From Tequatrovirus NIC06P2: a stretch of 64,000 bases of DNA. The position numbers were made by a program, and so were the translations under genes. Shown piece after piece: positions 27,207 through 37,217 of this stretch. How positions within the stretch are numbered: position 1 is the first letter of the stretch; each line of letters begins with the position of its first letter. The stretch is taken from sequence record OZ035760.1. The stretch is one strand, 5' to 3'. The notes below the pieces were generated by a model. That model saw only the letters and a list, made by a program, of their open reading frames with translations, was not told where the DNA came from and made no database searches.

Positions 27207-27593
27207 TTATTCGAGGGAAAGAAGATACTTACTCTGGTAAAACATTCCAGTAATATCATCTATCGTGCTTTGGATGGCTGGAGGCATTTCTTTATAAATG
27301 CTGTTAGATTGGTCTAGTATGCGATCAATCATTTTAATTGTGTCGGTAGGAAGTTTACTAGCATCTGGAATTGAAGGTGTGTATTTTCTACCAGAATACC
27401 CCAAATATTGCTCACCAAATTTATCAATCAAATCTGGCAACTCGGAGAAAATAAAATCGTATGCTTTGTGTCTAGCATAACTTTTAGTTTCAAAATGTGC
27501 AGAATGAAAATAAGCTTGTGCAGCCATTAATAAACCTAAGTATTCATCTGCCTTTGAAGGTTTTCCACTTTGTGAAAAGTCGCTGAATTTCAT
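27207..27593 (-). CDS. Hypothetical protein (128 aa; T4 rI.-1 position)
   Basis: Synteny downstream of rI; 4-nt overlap. Confidence 0.5.
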
Positions 27594-27883
27594 TCAGTCT
27601 CCAATTTAATGTTCATAATTCTAGCGTATGATTGTGCCATCTCCGCGCCTCGTTCTATACATTCAAAATCAGAAGAGCACGGGTCATTTTTATAGGTCGT
27701 TCTCATAAAACTATAGAATTGTTCAGACGATTCTACGCTTTTATTTTCAAAAAGCATATAAACGTGTCTAATACCAGATTCCATAAATTTATCAAAATGA
27801 GGATCGACATTCGCTTCAATTGGTGGAGATAAAGCAAACGCTAATCCTAGCATGGCAAATAGTGCCGTTGCTTTTAAGGCCAT
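27590..27883 (-). CDS. rI: Lysis-inhibition regulator RI (antiholin)
   Basis: 97 aa; MALKATALFAMLGLAFALSPPIEANVDPHFDKFMESGIRH... matches T4 RI with N-terminal signal-anchor-release domain. Confidence 0.85.
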   Translation of the reverse strand: MALKATALFAMLGLAFALSPPIEANVDPHFDKFMESGIRHVYMLFENKSVESSEQFYSFMRTTYKNDPCSSDFECIERGAEMAQSYARIMNIKLETE

Positions 27884-27895
27884 AAAGGCCTCCTA

Positions 27896-28108
27896 TCATT
27901 TTTGTCCTGTATTTACTTTATGCCGATGCACGGCCTTAACTTTATCAAGGTATTTTTCAAAATTTCGCAATCTAGTATAGTCTGCCGGAGATTGGTTGAG
28001 TGATACTTCTCGACGCAAAGCTGAAATGATATTTCCAACTTCCCTACGAATTTCATCTAATTGAAGAACAGTAAGATTGCGAAGTTGCTTTTCAGTTAAT
28101 TGTAGCAT
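27896..28108 (-). CDS. Small hypothetical protein (70 aa)
   Basis: ORF between tk and rI. Confidence 0.45.
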
Positions 28109-28150
28109 ATATACCCCTTTAGTTAGATAAACCTATTTATAACTTTTGCA

Positions 28151-28732
28151 CTAACCGAGCTTTTTAGTTAATTCATTCCAATGTTTTCTACACAAAGAAA
28201 CATAAATTTCATCACCAATACAGATTTGATTACCTTCTTTAACGGGTGTTCCATCTTCCATTAATCGAGCTGTCATAATCGCTTTTTTGCCGCAATGACA
28301 AACTGCCTTCAGTTCAATAAGTTTATCTGCAATTGCCAAAAGTTCTTTAGAACCTTCAAATAATTTTCCGGCGAAATCAGTCCTTAATCCATAAGCCATA
28401 ACAGGAACATTATATGTATCAACAATTCGGCTCAATTGATGCACCTGTTCAGTTTTTAAAAACTGGGCTTCATCTACAAATACGCAATGAATATCTTTTT
28501 GTGCTTCAGCCCATTTATAGAACTCGAAAATATCCATATCATCTGTAATAATATTCGCTTCCTGCTTAATTCCAATGCGAGAAACGACTTCACAGACAGA
28601 ATCGCGAGTATCAATAGCAGGCTTAAGAACTAATACACTCATTCCACGTTCTTTATAATTATGTGCAGCAGTCAAAAGAGAAGCAGATTTTCCAGCATTC
28701 ATTGCTGCATAAGTAAAAATTAAACTCGCCAT
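28151..28732 (-). CDS. tk: Thymidine kinase
   Basis: 193 aa; P-loop AAMNAGKS; Zn-binding Cys residues CHCGKK and CIGDEIYVSLCRKH; matches T4 Tk. Confidence 0.92.
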   Translation of the reverse strand: MASLIFTYAAMNAGKSASLLTAAHNYKERGMSVLVLKPAIDTRDSVCEVVSRIGIKQEANIITDDMDIFEFYKWAEAQKDIHCVFVDEAQFLKTEQVHQLSRIVDTYNVPVMAYGLRTDFAGKLFEGSKELLAIADKLIELKAVCHCGKKAIMTARLMEDGTPVKEGNQICIGDEIYVSLCRKHWNELTKKLG

Positions 28733-28733
28733 C

Positions 28734-28922
28734 TTAGTCCTTAGTTAAATTTTCTAAATATGTTTTTAAATCATTTTCAGCTTTATCGATAGATTTTACT
28801 AATTCGTAATATGTTTCGGCATCTCCATATTCAGAAGATATTTCAAAAGACAAATCCTTTTCTAAACTAATAATTTCACCAACTAAAAATAATATTTCGT
28901 TCTTTTGTTCGCGAGTAATCAT
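28734..28922 (-). CDS. Small helical protein, family member (62 aa)
   Basis: MITREQKNEILFLVGEI...LKTYLENLTKD. Confidence 0.45.
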   Translation of the reverse strand: MITREQKNEILFLVGEIISLEKDLSFEISSEYGDAETYYELVKSIDKAENDLKTYLENLTKD

Positions 28923-29110
28923 AAGGAATTTATATAATTAATAAGTTCTTGTTCTTTATTATCGAATTCTTTAGAAAGTTCTTCGTACTCGTTTGCACTA
29001 AAAGGACCGCATTCATTACAAACTTTTTCCAATTCACTATTTTTATCCATAACTTCGTGGATAAGAGAAAAGAGTTTGTCTTTTTGTTCTTTACTTAAAC
29101 TCATAACCAT
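28919..29110 (-). CDS. Small helical protein, family member (63 aa)
   Basis: MVMSLSKEQKDKLFSLIHEV...ELINYINSL. Confidence 0.45.
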   Translation of the reverse strand: MVMSLSKEQKDKLFSLIHEVMDKNSELEKVCNECGPFSANEYEELSKEFDNKEQELINYINSL

Positions 29111-29328
29111 GTCACCTTTAAGCAGTATTCTTCTACATGCTGTTTACGACCTTTCTTATCAATAAAGGTATATTCAACGAATGTTCCAATGTAGTCTTTA
29201 TCTACATCATGTGGACTATTAATTGGACATTTAGTACGGCAAATGCGTTCCCATTGACGAATAATTACTGCCTTATTCTTTGGGTCATATGGATGTGGAT
29301 AATGTATATTCATAATAATGGTTCCCAA
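29101..29328 (-). CDS. Small Cys/His-containing protein (75 aa)
   Basis: ORF with overlapping neighbours. Confidence 0.45.
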   Translation of the reverse strand: MGTIIMNIHYPHPYDPKNKAVIIRQWERICRTKCPINSPHDVDKDYIGTFVEYTFIDKKGRKQHVEEYCLKVTWL

Positions 29329-29777
29329 TCAACAATCACAATTTCTAATTTAGAGGAATATGTATCTAAAATCCCCTCAATAATATCCCAGTTTCCTTTA
29401 CCTATGCCTGCACCAATCCTAGGCATATAGATTGTAGGTTTAATCAGTTTATTTTCACCAAACTCATTTAATTCTAACATACAATTCATTAAAGCGGAAT
29501 ATTCAAAATTTGGCCCTGGTTGAAATTGAGTATAAAGATTAAAGCAGTAAGCTTTATGAGTCCTAAAGTATTTTTCATAGACTGAGTAAGAACCAAGTTT
29601 AGTTACATCACCCCATTCAGTCTGTAATTTATCAGCTTCCAAAATTTTAGGGAAAGCTTTGGTTAATTGACCTGCGACTCCAGCTTTCATCGTATGAAAA
29701 CAATTGCATCCATGCGCAATATTTTTACCTTCAGTGAAAAGGGCGACAATATCGCCCTTGATATATTTTACAATCAT
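29310..29777 (-). CDS. Macro-domain protein (ADP-ribose binding/hydrolase fold)
   Basis: IKGDIVALFTEGKNIAHGCNCFHTMKAGVAGQL and MPRIGAGIGKGNW resemble MacroD signatures (AIVNAAN...GGGVAGAI; IAFPAISTG). Confidence 0.55.
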   Translation of the reverse strand: MIVKYIKGDIVALFTEGKNIAHGCNCFHTMKAGVAGQLTKAFPKILEADKLQTEWGDVTKLGSYSVYEKYFRTHKAYCFNLYTQFQPGPNFEYSALMNCMLELNEFGENKLIKPTIYMPRIGAGIGKGNWDIIEGILDTYSSKLEIVIVDWEPLL

Positions 29778-30115
29778 CTAGTACTCAATCCTCGATTATA
29801 AGAATCTACCAAACGGTCAACCATTGAATGACAAGCGGCTTTATCTTTCTCCTCCGCAACTGAACATTCTAATGTATTCCACTTTTTAGCATATCGTTTT
29901 AATAATGTATCGTTTTTGTATCTGCTTGATTTATCTCTTTCTCCGTCTTTATATGCATATATTAATTTCTGCGCAAATTCAGCTTGGCATGCTTTATTTT
30001 TCCCGCAATAATCAGCTGCAGTACGGTTTACATACTCTCTAATTTCAGTATATGATGTATCTGCTAACGCAGAAAATGAAATTAATCCTATACATAAAAC
30101 CAAAATTTTAGTCAT
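29774..30115 (-). CDS. Small secreted protein with signal peptide (113 aa); T4 vs position
   Basis: N-terminal MTKILVLCIGLISFSALA signal-like; four Cys; synteny only for vs. Confidence 0.45.
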   Translation of the reverse strand: MTKILVLCIGLISFSALADTSYTEIREYVNRTAADYCGKNKACQAEFAQKLIYAYKDGERDKSSRYKNDTLLKRYAKKWNTLECSVAEEKDKAACHSMVDRLVDSYNRGLSTR

Positions 30116-30653
30116 TTACTATTTCCAAAAGTTTATTATTTTTAAGGTAATTAGCCTTTTCTAGGACTTCAGAAGCATATTTAGAACCAGCTTTAACATT
30201 CCATCCCGAATTATAAGAGGATATTGCTTTTCTTATATCACCCTTATGTATATTTAACCAATAAGAAAGTTCAATGTACGCCCAGGAAGCTGAATTGGAT
30301 CGTTTATTCAACATTCTTTTTATTTCAGCATCGGTCATATTATAACCAAGTTCCTTAACTCTTGCTCGCATAGTAGGCAAATAATTTTGGAACATTCCGT
30401 AGGCGTGATGCTTTGGTTTAGATTTTAAATTAACTCCGCCAGAGCTTTCTTGCCATAAAATAGCAGCCATTATATGACCTAATCCGCTCTTGTGGATATT
30501 TTTGTGTGTTTTATATTTTCCATCCTTAGAAAATTGTTCCCCGAATTGATACGCGTAACGCATGTTATCGAGTTGGACATTACTGAAAGTATGCTCGGAG
30601 CTATGTGCCATCATTGAAATGGCCAATAGACCAGCGAGTAGTGCTTTTCTCAT
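30108..30653 (-). CDS. Periplasmic lytic transglycosylase-like protein (SLT domain; T4 vs.1 position)
   Basis: Signal peptide MRKALLAGLLAISMMAHS; SLT motifs AILWQESSGG and AYGMFQ. Confidence 0.7.
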   Translation of the reverse strand: MRKALLAGLLAISMMAHSSEHTFSNVQLDNMRYAYQFGEQFSKDGKYKTHKNIHKSGLGHIMAAILWQESSGGVNLKSKPKHHAYGMFQNYLPTMRARVKELGYNMTDAEIKRMLNKRSNSASWAYIELSYWLNIHKGDIRKAISSYNSGWNVKAGSKYASEVLEKANYLKNNKLLEIVND

Positions 30654-30660
30654 GCTTACC

Positions 30661-31122
30661 TCATTGAGTTTTAATTACTGCTTTAGAAGCCTTTCCTGGT
30701 AAACGACGACTGTTGATAATTGCCATCCTACATTGAAGTGACGGGTCTTTGAACTTCGCGTTAGGTTTACAAACTGTAAATCCAAGCCAAAGATTTCCAT
30801 CTGTGATTTCTAAACGTCCAGGACGATATTCAACCCCATCAATAAAATCCTCGTCAATGTCAGGACGCGGAGGCATACTCAGGAATTCATTAACTTCTAA
30901 AACATGGTCTTTTATTTTATGGAATAATTCAAAAACATATGTCTCATCAATCTCCCGCTGAATTGCGCGATCAAGAAGATGCTGAGAATATTTTAGATGA
31001 AACGATGAGACCCCTGCTGCTTTTGATGCCTCACGAATCTCATTGTTAATTTGACGAAACTCCGACTCAAAGTGACGACGAAGCTTATTTCGACGGATAA
31101 AAACTTCTGTATTGATAGTCAT
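30661..31122 (-). CDS. regB: Endoribonuclease RegB
   Basis: 153 aa; MTINTEVFIRRNKLRRHFESEFRQINNEIREASKAAGVSSFHLKYSQHLLDRA... matches T4 RegB. Confidence 0.9.
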   Translation of the reverse strand: MTINTEVFIRRNKLRRHFESEFRQINNEIREASKAAGVSSFHLKYSQHLLDRAIQREIDETYVFELFHKIKDHVLEVNEFLSMPPRPDIDEDFIDGVEYRPGRLEITDGNLWLGFTVCKPNAKFKDPSLQCRMAIINSRRLPGKASKAVIKTQ

Positions 31123-31149
31123 GTTATTCTCCTCTTAACTGATAGAAAA

Positions 31150-31179
31150 ATTATACCACAGTCAAGAGGAAAAGTAAAC
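31150..31179 (-). promoter_or_regulatory. T4 early-type promoter for regB (GTTTAC, 18 nt, TATAAT)
   Basis: Minus strand: CTGTTTACTTTTCCTCTTGACTGTGGTATAATTTTTC. Confidence 0.55.
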
Positions 31180-31181
31180 AG

Positions 31182-31460
31182 TTATTCTTTAAATCTAATC
31201 AATTTATTCATAGACTTTGAAACTTCTGCACGAACTTCATGTAGATTTTTGAGCTGTTCAAGACGCTGCTCATAGTAAGCAATTTCATCTTCTTCGAGAC
31301 AGTCCTGTGAATCTTCTTTAAGATAACGTGCATAGTCCTGGAAAGCATTACGAACTACTTCCTGAAAGTCATCAAGACTTTGAATTTTCTTAGGAGCAAC
31401 AGATACACGACGAGGGGCAGTATAATACTCATAACCAAACCCTGCGCTTAATTGAGCCAT
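31182..31460 (-). CDS. Hypothetical protein (T4 vs.3 position; start at MAQLSAG)
   Basis: ATG overlaps upstream stop (TAATG). Confidence 0.45.
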   Translation of the reverse strand: MAQLSAGFGYEYYTAPRRVSVAPKKIQSLDDFQEVVRNAFQDYARYLKEDSQDCLEEDEIAYYEQRLEQLKNLHEVRAEVSKSMNKLIRFKE

Positions 31461-31726
31461 TAATATTTTTCCTCTGGTTGGAACACAGCACGACAAGCCC
31501 ACATACTGGCTTCTTTGAGTTTCGTTTTAGCAATAGTTAACTGATCGAGGCTTTCGGCATAATTCTTCGCGAATTCACAGTCTTCACAATTATCTAGTGC
31601 TTCCCAGAATTCATCGTATAAAGCATCAAAGATAAGTCCTAAACGAACTTCAGCGTCTTTGATGGCATTCACTTTACCGATTTTCTTTTCAGTATGCGGC
31701 TTATAACCCTTAATATCTTCAATCAT
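31460..31726 (-). CDS. Hypothetical protein at T4 vs.4 position (candidate Acb2-like anti-CBASS sponge, by synteny only)
   Basis: 89 aa from [11 protein letters not shown]; fourth ORF in the regB to denV series; no sequence verification possible. Confidence 0.4.
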   Translation of the reverse strand: MIEDIKGYKPHTEKKIGKVNAIKDAEVRLGLIFDALYDEFWEALDNCEDCEFAKNYAESLDQLTIAKTKLKEASMWACRAVFQPEEKY

Positions 31727-31940
31727 ATTTGACTTCCTCACCAGTACATAAATCATATTCAACTAAACGAATAGGTTCATGAATGCCATATCCCTGAACA
31801 GAAATTTCTGTAGTAGGATAAATTCCATCAATATCACCCATGTTCCATGCTTCGTTAAATTGCTGTTCGCCTGAATTACTAAACCATTCGGCAAAAGCAT
31901 TTAGCACATCTTCAGAACCTTCAATAATTATCTTTGCCAT
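31719..31940 (-). CDS. Small acidic hypothetical protein (73 aa)
   Basis: ORF with 8-nt overlap to downstream gene. Confidence 0.45.
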   Translation of the reverse strand: MAKIIIEGSEDVLNAFAEWFSNSGEQQFNEAWNMGDIDGIYPTTEISVQGYGIHEPIRLVEYDLCTGEEVKYD

Positions 31941-32302
31941 TACAAACTCTCGGTAAAGGTACGAGCGATAACATCGCGCTGCTGTTCCGGAGTCAGAGAG
32001 TTAAAGCGAACTGCATAACCGGATACACGGATGGTCAGCTGCGGATATTTTTCCGGATGCTTAACTGCATCTTCCAGAGTTTCACGACGCAGAACGTTAA
32101 CGTTCAGGTGTTGACCACCTTCAATTTTAACTGTAGGCTGTTGCTCAATTTCAATTTCACGGGCATGCAAACCGTAGAAAATTTCTGGGTCTACAAAAGA
32201 GTCCTCTTTAAAGGTTTTAGAGACAATAATTCGTGCTTGAATACCATCTTCAAAATAAATAGTACCTTTATGTGTGCCTTCAAGAATTTGATATGCTTTC
32301 AT
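31940..32302 (-). CDS. Autonomous glycyl-radical cofactor (GrcA/YfiD-like)
   Basis: 120 aa; C-terminal [15 protein letters not shown] glycyl-radical motif; T4 is known to encode a YfiD homolog (Y06I). Confidence 0.75.
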   Translation of the reverse strand: MKAYQILEGTHKGTIYFEDGIQARIIVSKTFKEDSFVDPEIFYGLHAREIEIEQQPTVKIEGGQHLNVNVLRRETLEDAVKHPEKYPQLTIRVSGYAVRFNSLTPEQQRDVIARTFTESL

Positions 32303-32309
32303 ATAAACC

Positions 32310-32639
32310 TCAATTAGAAAATAAATTTATCCAAGATTGTTCTTTAATTAAAAATGGCTCAGAATCATATGCCATTAAACTCTGTGTGATTAGTCCTTTA
32401 AAAGGCCCATCAATAAATTCCATGGTAAAATATGGAATTTTATTCATTAGCCGTGCATTAGGAGCAGTACATAAAACTCTGCATCCTTTGAATACACCCT
32501 TTTGTAATTTGTATTGCTTGGGATAAAATTCGCTCAAAATGTTATTATTCGCTAAAATTTCAAAATGATTCACCAATTTATTTTTAATAGTTTTTGGTGA
32601 AAAATAGAGATATTCGAAAAGCTGTGCGTCTGTCATCAT
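32310..32639 (-). CDS. Hypothetical protein (109 aa from MMTDAQ)
   Basis: ATGA overlap with upstream stop. Confidence 0.45.
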   Translation of the reverse strand: MMTDAQLFEYLYFSPKTIKNKLVNHFEILANNNILSEFYPKQYKLQKGVFKGCRVLCTAPNARLMNKIPYFTMEFIDGPFKGLITQSLMAYDSEPFLIKEQSWINLFSN

Positions 32640-33175
32640 TGCATTCCGATTACGAAAAACTGTGGACGAGTAATACCACCAATGCAACATTTACTATTGC
32701 AACAGTACTGTACAGTGTCAATATGAGCATCATAAATCTTATCCATATCAGGAGATTTGACAGGCTCATCAATTATATACAAAATTCGCGAAAGCGATAA
32801 ACCTCTGAACTTGCTTCCTTTATTACCAATAAAACTGCGCACAGAATCAGTAAATAAACGAAAACGTATATCATCATTAGAATAACGCGAAAATTCCTTT
32901 TTAATGTCATCTGCGGAATTTTTAGCATAAACTGAAGTATTAGAAAGAACAATAACTGTTCCGCCATCATACAACCAGTTAGCAGCGAAGTTAGTCACAG
33001 CAATTGATTTACCGGATTGACGTCCACCATCTATACGAAGTGTGCAGTACTGTTTAAGTAAGTCTTCAAATGATAGGATATAATCGTTTTTACAAATTTC
33101 TTCTACTCTAGCATCAGAATGGTGTGTAAAAGCATTCATCAGGGATAGATAAGGACCAGTTAAAAATGTTCTCAT
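32636..33175 (-). CDS. Small P-loop NTPase-like protein (179 aa)
   Basis: Walker A GGRQSGKS, Walker B-like ILYIIDEP. Confidence 0.5.
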   Translation of the reverse strand: MRTFLTGPYLSLMNAFTHHSDARVEEICKNDYILSFEDLLKQYCTLRIDGGRQSGKSIAVTNFAANWLYDGGTVIVLSNTSVYAKNSADDIKKEFSRYSNDDIRFRLFTDSVRSFIGNKGSKFRGLSLSRILYIIDEPVKSPDMDKIYDAHIDTVQYCCNSKCCIGGITRPQFFVIGMQ

Positions 33176-33327
33176 TTCTTCTCTCTAAATTTGGGCCATT
33201 CCATGGCGCATGAATTGTCCATTTCTGTATTTACCCATTACCGCACTTGGGCTCGACCTTATTACAGGTTGGCGGGAATCCCTCACAGAATCATGAGGTC
33301 CAGCTTGTTCCCATATTTCTTATTTGC

Positions 33328-33801
33328 TTATTTGAATGATTTAACGTACTGAATAGAACCTTTACTATTCACAAAGGCAATTTTACCATTTTTGTTATAC
33401 ATGGTAGCAGTACGCTGATAGCCATAAGTTTGTTTACCAGATTGATAACCAACTAATGCAAAATTATCTTCACCCATTTTATTCTGTTTAGCGCGAATGC
33501 GTTCATGACCATGTGCCATAAGAACCTTAGCATCACCAGTTGCAATGGATCTACGAGTTTTTTCATCTTCAACTGTATTAACAAAGTCGTCAAATGAATC
33601 AAATTTAGCATGAGATTTATTATACAGTTTTCCATCTACTGCATAATTATATCCCTGTACATCCATCTCAACTTCTGTACCATCATCCAATACAGCAGTG
33701 ATTTTTTGACCTTTTTTAAATTTCAAAAGATCAGTAAAAGATTCAGCAATAATTTGAGAATTAATAGCTGCTTCAGTGATAAATTCTTGATATGTTTTCA
33801 T
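33328..33801 (-). CDS. Internal-protein-like protein with capsid targeting sequence (157 aa)
   Basis: N-terminus MKTYQEFITEAA matches the T4 IP capsid-targeting sequence MKTYQEFIAE with a protease site after Glu10; SD AGGAAA. Confidence 0.55.
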   Translation of the reverse strand: MKTYQEFITEAAINSQIIAESFTDLLKFKKGQKITAVLDDGTEVEMDVQGYNYAVDGKLYNKSHAKFDSFDDFVNTVEDEKTRRSIATGDAKVLMAHGHERIRAKQNKMGEDNFALVGYQSGKQTYGYQRTATMYNKNGKIAFVNSKGSIQYVKSFK

Positions 33802-33810
33802 ATGTTTCCT

Positions 33811-34227
33811 TTAAATGTAAATATTTTTACCGTAATACTTATACCAATGTGGTTTCATTAAAATTTTTTCATCAAGTCGTTGTTGACTCAATTTAATAGC
33901 TGATTTGCATGGATTATAATCATTTTTCCATTCTACTGGAATATCGCTGATGTCAGGAACTTCAGTATCTTTTATACTGAACCCTCGTTTTAAGCATTCC
34001 GTTATAATGTCCGATTGACGCTTTCGCAAAAATTCTAACTTATCGTAAAAGAAAGTAACATGACCAGAACCTAAAATAAATTTAGAAGATATTTTAAAAT
34101 CTTTAACGCGCTTACCATTTGCCACATGCTTACGAACTATACCAAAAACACGTGGCAATTCACGATATTCTGCGATTAAATGTTGATCAGCAAGTTCAGA
34201 TACTAAAGTCAAATTAATACGAGTCAT
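33811..34227 (-). CDS. denV: Pyrimidine-dimer DNA glycosylase, endonuclease V (DenV)
   Basis: 138 aa; [29 protein letters not shown]...WYKYYGK matches T4 DenV. Confidence 0.9.
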   Translation of the reverse strand: MTRINLTLVSELADQHLIAEYRELPRVFGIVRKHVANGKRVKDFKISSKFILGSGHVTFFYDKLEFLRKRQSDIITECLKRGFSIKDTEVPDISDIPVEWKNDYNPCKSAIKLSQQRLDEKILMKPHWYKYYGKNIYI

Positions 34228-34252
34228 TTTATCCCTCCAAGTAACTGTGAAT

Positions 34253-34282
34253 ATACTATCACAGTTTTAGGAGAAAGTAAAC
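34253..34282 (-). promoter_or_regulatory. T4 early-type promoter for denV (GTTTAC, 18 nt, TAGTAT)
   Basis: Minus strand: AAGTTGTTTACTTTCTCCTAAAACTGTGATAGTATATTCAC. Confidence 0.5.
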
Positions 34283-34286
34283 AACT

Positions 34287-35255
<969 letters not shown>

Positions 35256-35274
<19 letters not shown>

Positions 35275-35618
35275 TCACTCACAAACTCTTCCATTGATTC
35301 TTTTTCAATATAAGACATGTAGCTATTATATTCCTTTAATTGTATTTTGTAATCCTTTTTTCTTTGCCAATTTATTTTAAAATTATCATAATGAAAATAT
35401 AACATAGTACCAAAGAATGAAAATAATGAAATAATTTTAGTATAGTGAAGTTCACTCCAAACTTCTGTTATATTTACTGTGCCGTCGATGTTTAAAATAA
35501 GACAGTCAATTAACAATCCAAAAAGACTACCCGCAAGAGCTGCAGCCAACGCCACAGCAAAAATTAAAAATGACTCAGGAAGAGAATATTTGACTTTATT
35601 TAGTTTTGGCTTTTGCAT
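35256..35618 (-). CDS. Membrane protein (120 aa)
   Basis: TM segment FLIFAVALAAALAGSLFGLLIDCLIL; basic C-terminal tail similar to next gene. Confidence 0.5.
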
Positions 35619-35992
35619 CGTGATTCCTTAACAAATTTCATAATTTCATTAAATTCATACATATCAAGTTTAAGCTGATGTTCCTTTTTAATCTTTTTAC
35701 ACTGAGCTTTCCATTCGCGTACACGTTTACGATAATGTCTTCCTTGATACCAGTATCCTACCCAATTTACGGGTACTAATAAAAATGGAACTACTAATGG
35801 AAGAATTAGCATTAACACAAGTATTTCGCCAGAATCAATATCAGTCATAACATCTAAAACACCTCCAATAATCAATAGAATTACAAATGATATAAGTATA
35901 ACAGGACCTATTAATACATCAGTAGAAATTATCTGGTGCTTTGATTCATACTTCAAAGGTTTACTTGGAAGGTATAGTGATGGCTTTGACAT
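35600..35992 (-). CDS. Membrane protein (130 aa from MSKPSLYL), likely paralog of previous
   Basis: Two TM segments; C-terminal W..K...K pattern shared with 35256-35618. Confidence 0.5.
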   Translation of the reverse strand: MSKPSLYLPSKPLKYESKHQIISTDVLIGPVILISFVILLIIGGVLDVMTDIDSGEILVLMLILPLVVPFLLVPVNWVGYWYQGRHYRKRVREWKAQCKKIKKEHQLKLDMYEFNEIMKFVKESRCKSQN

Positions 35993-36569
35993 ATTCTCTA
36001 CATTCCTTAACAAATTTTTCTAGTAATAAATCGCTTTCAAAACTAGGATTTTCCACGAATTTATCAAAAAGATCATCAACAATATTCAAGATATTCCTTT
36101 TACTAAGAATACGTTTATTTTCATGCTTCGTTTCAGAGTCAACTATAAGAGTAAAGAAATATTTCTTTCCCTTAAATTTTACCGTAGTATCAATATAAAA
36201 TAAATTTGACTTTTGTAAATTACGTTTAAACCATGCGTCGCTTAAACTATAAACACCGAGATAATCAAAATCGTCGTTTAAATAACATACTGTCCATTCA
36301 GGAGAAATGAAATCAGTAAATTCAACATCAAAATCACACGTCAATGAATGAATTGATTCAATACTGTTAATAAGTATTCCAGGACGTATTAAAGACTTTT
36401 TACCTCTGGAAAATCTTCCAGAAAGACTTTCATCAGTTTCATATGAAGAACCCCAATAATAATTACGCCCTTCTGCCATACGTTTAAGAGCATTTAATAA
36501 TTGGTCTGGAACATCAACCTGTCTTTGGAATTCTTCAAACATTGAATTGAAATCACTTTGCATTTTCAT
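35961..36569 (-). CDS. Hypothetical protein (202 aa)
   Basis: ORF downstream of hairpin 36590-36605. Confidence 0.5.
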   Translation of the reverse strand: MKMQSDFNSMFEEFQRQVDVPDQLLNALKRMAEGRNYYWGSSYETDESLSGRFSRGKKSLIRPGILINSIESIHSLTCDFDVEFTDFISPEWTVCYLNDDFDYLGVYSLSDAWFKRNLQKSNLFYIDTTVKFKGKKYFFTLIVDSETKHENKRILSKRNILNIVDDLFDKFVENPSFESDLLLEKFVKECREYVKAITIPSK

Positions 36570-36589
36570 TCCTATTTACTCCATGTAAT

Positions 36590-36605
36590 AGGGGCCGAAG
36601 CCCCT
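36590..36605 (-). terminator. UUCG-tetraloop hairpin (terminator or processing/stability element)
   Basis: AGGGGCCGAAGCCCCT; weak U-tract so function uncertain. Confidence 0.35.
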
Positions 36606-36610
36606 TATCA

Positions 36611-37204
36611 TTATTTCAGAGAATTAATGTATTCCTGAACATCGGCAGAGGTAGTTTCAACCCCAGAAATATTACCGTTAAAGGTTTCAACTCGAGCAAG
36701 AGTATCTTCAATATCAACTTTAGTCAGTGCTGCAATTTCAACTACATCATCAGCAGTACTAATTCCAAGGGCATTCGCAGCACGAGTTTCACGGATATAT
36801 TCCAATTTAACTGCAAGTTCTTGGCGAGCATCATCCAATTCAACTACTTTCTTGGCGATTTCAATTCGCATTTCAGCATACCCATCAGCTTTAGTAGTCA
36901 ACTGTTCAGCTGTTCGACGATATAGCAAGCCGAGTTTAGCATGCATTGTTACATCTTGACCTTCGGAAAGAAGCTTGCGAATTTCACGCTCTTTTGATTC
37001 AGCCTGTTTATTCTTTTCAATAACAAGTTCACGAATACGTTTTTCTTCATTAATAGATTTAACAGAAGCAGTTTTTAGGTCTTTAATTTTATCAAGTAAT
37101 TTTGCTGCTGCAGCAGTGTACTGTTCTTCAACAGATAGATTTTTAGCCATAGCAGAACCAAGTTTAGTGCGAATAAACTCAACAATTTTCTTCAGTGTGT
37201 TCAT
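36611..37204 (-). CDS. Coiled-coil protein with PspA/IM30-like pattern (197 aa)
   Basis: All-helical, heptad-rich; loose resemblance to PspA (TLARVETF vs PspA MARFESFE region); unverified. Confidence 0.45.
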   Translation of the reverse strand: MNTLKKIVEFIRTKLGSAMAKNLSVEEQYTAAAAKLLDKIKDLKTASVKSINEEKRIRELVIEKNKQAESKEREIRKLLSEGQDVTMHAKLGLLYRRTAEQLTTKADGYAEMRIEIAKKVVELDDARQELAVKLEYIRETRAANALGISTADDVVEIAALTKVDIEDTLARVETFNGNISGVETTSADVQEYINSLK

Positions 37205-37217
37205 AGTATTTCCTTAG

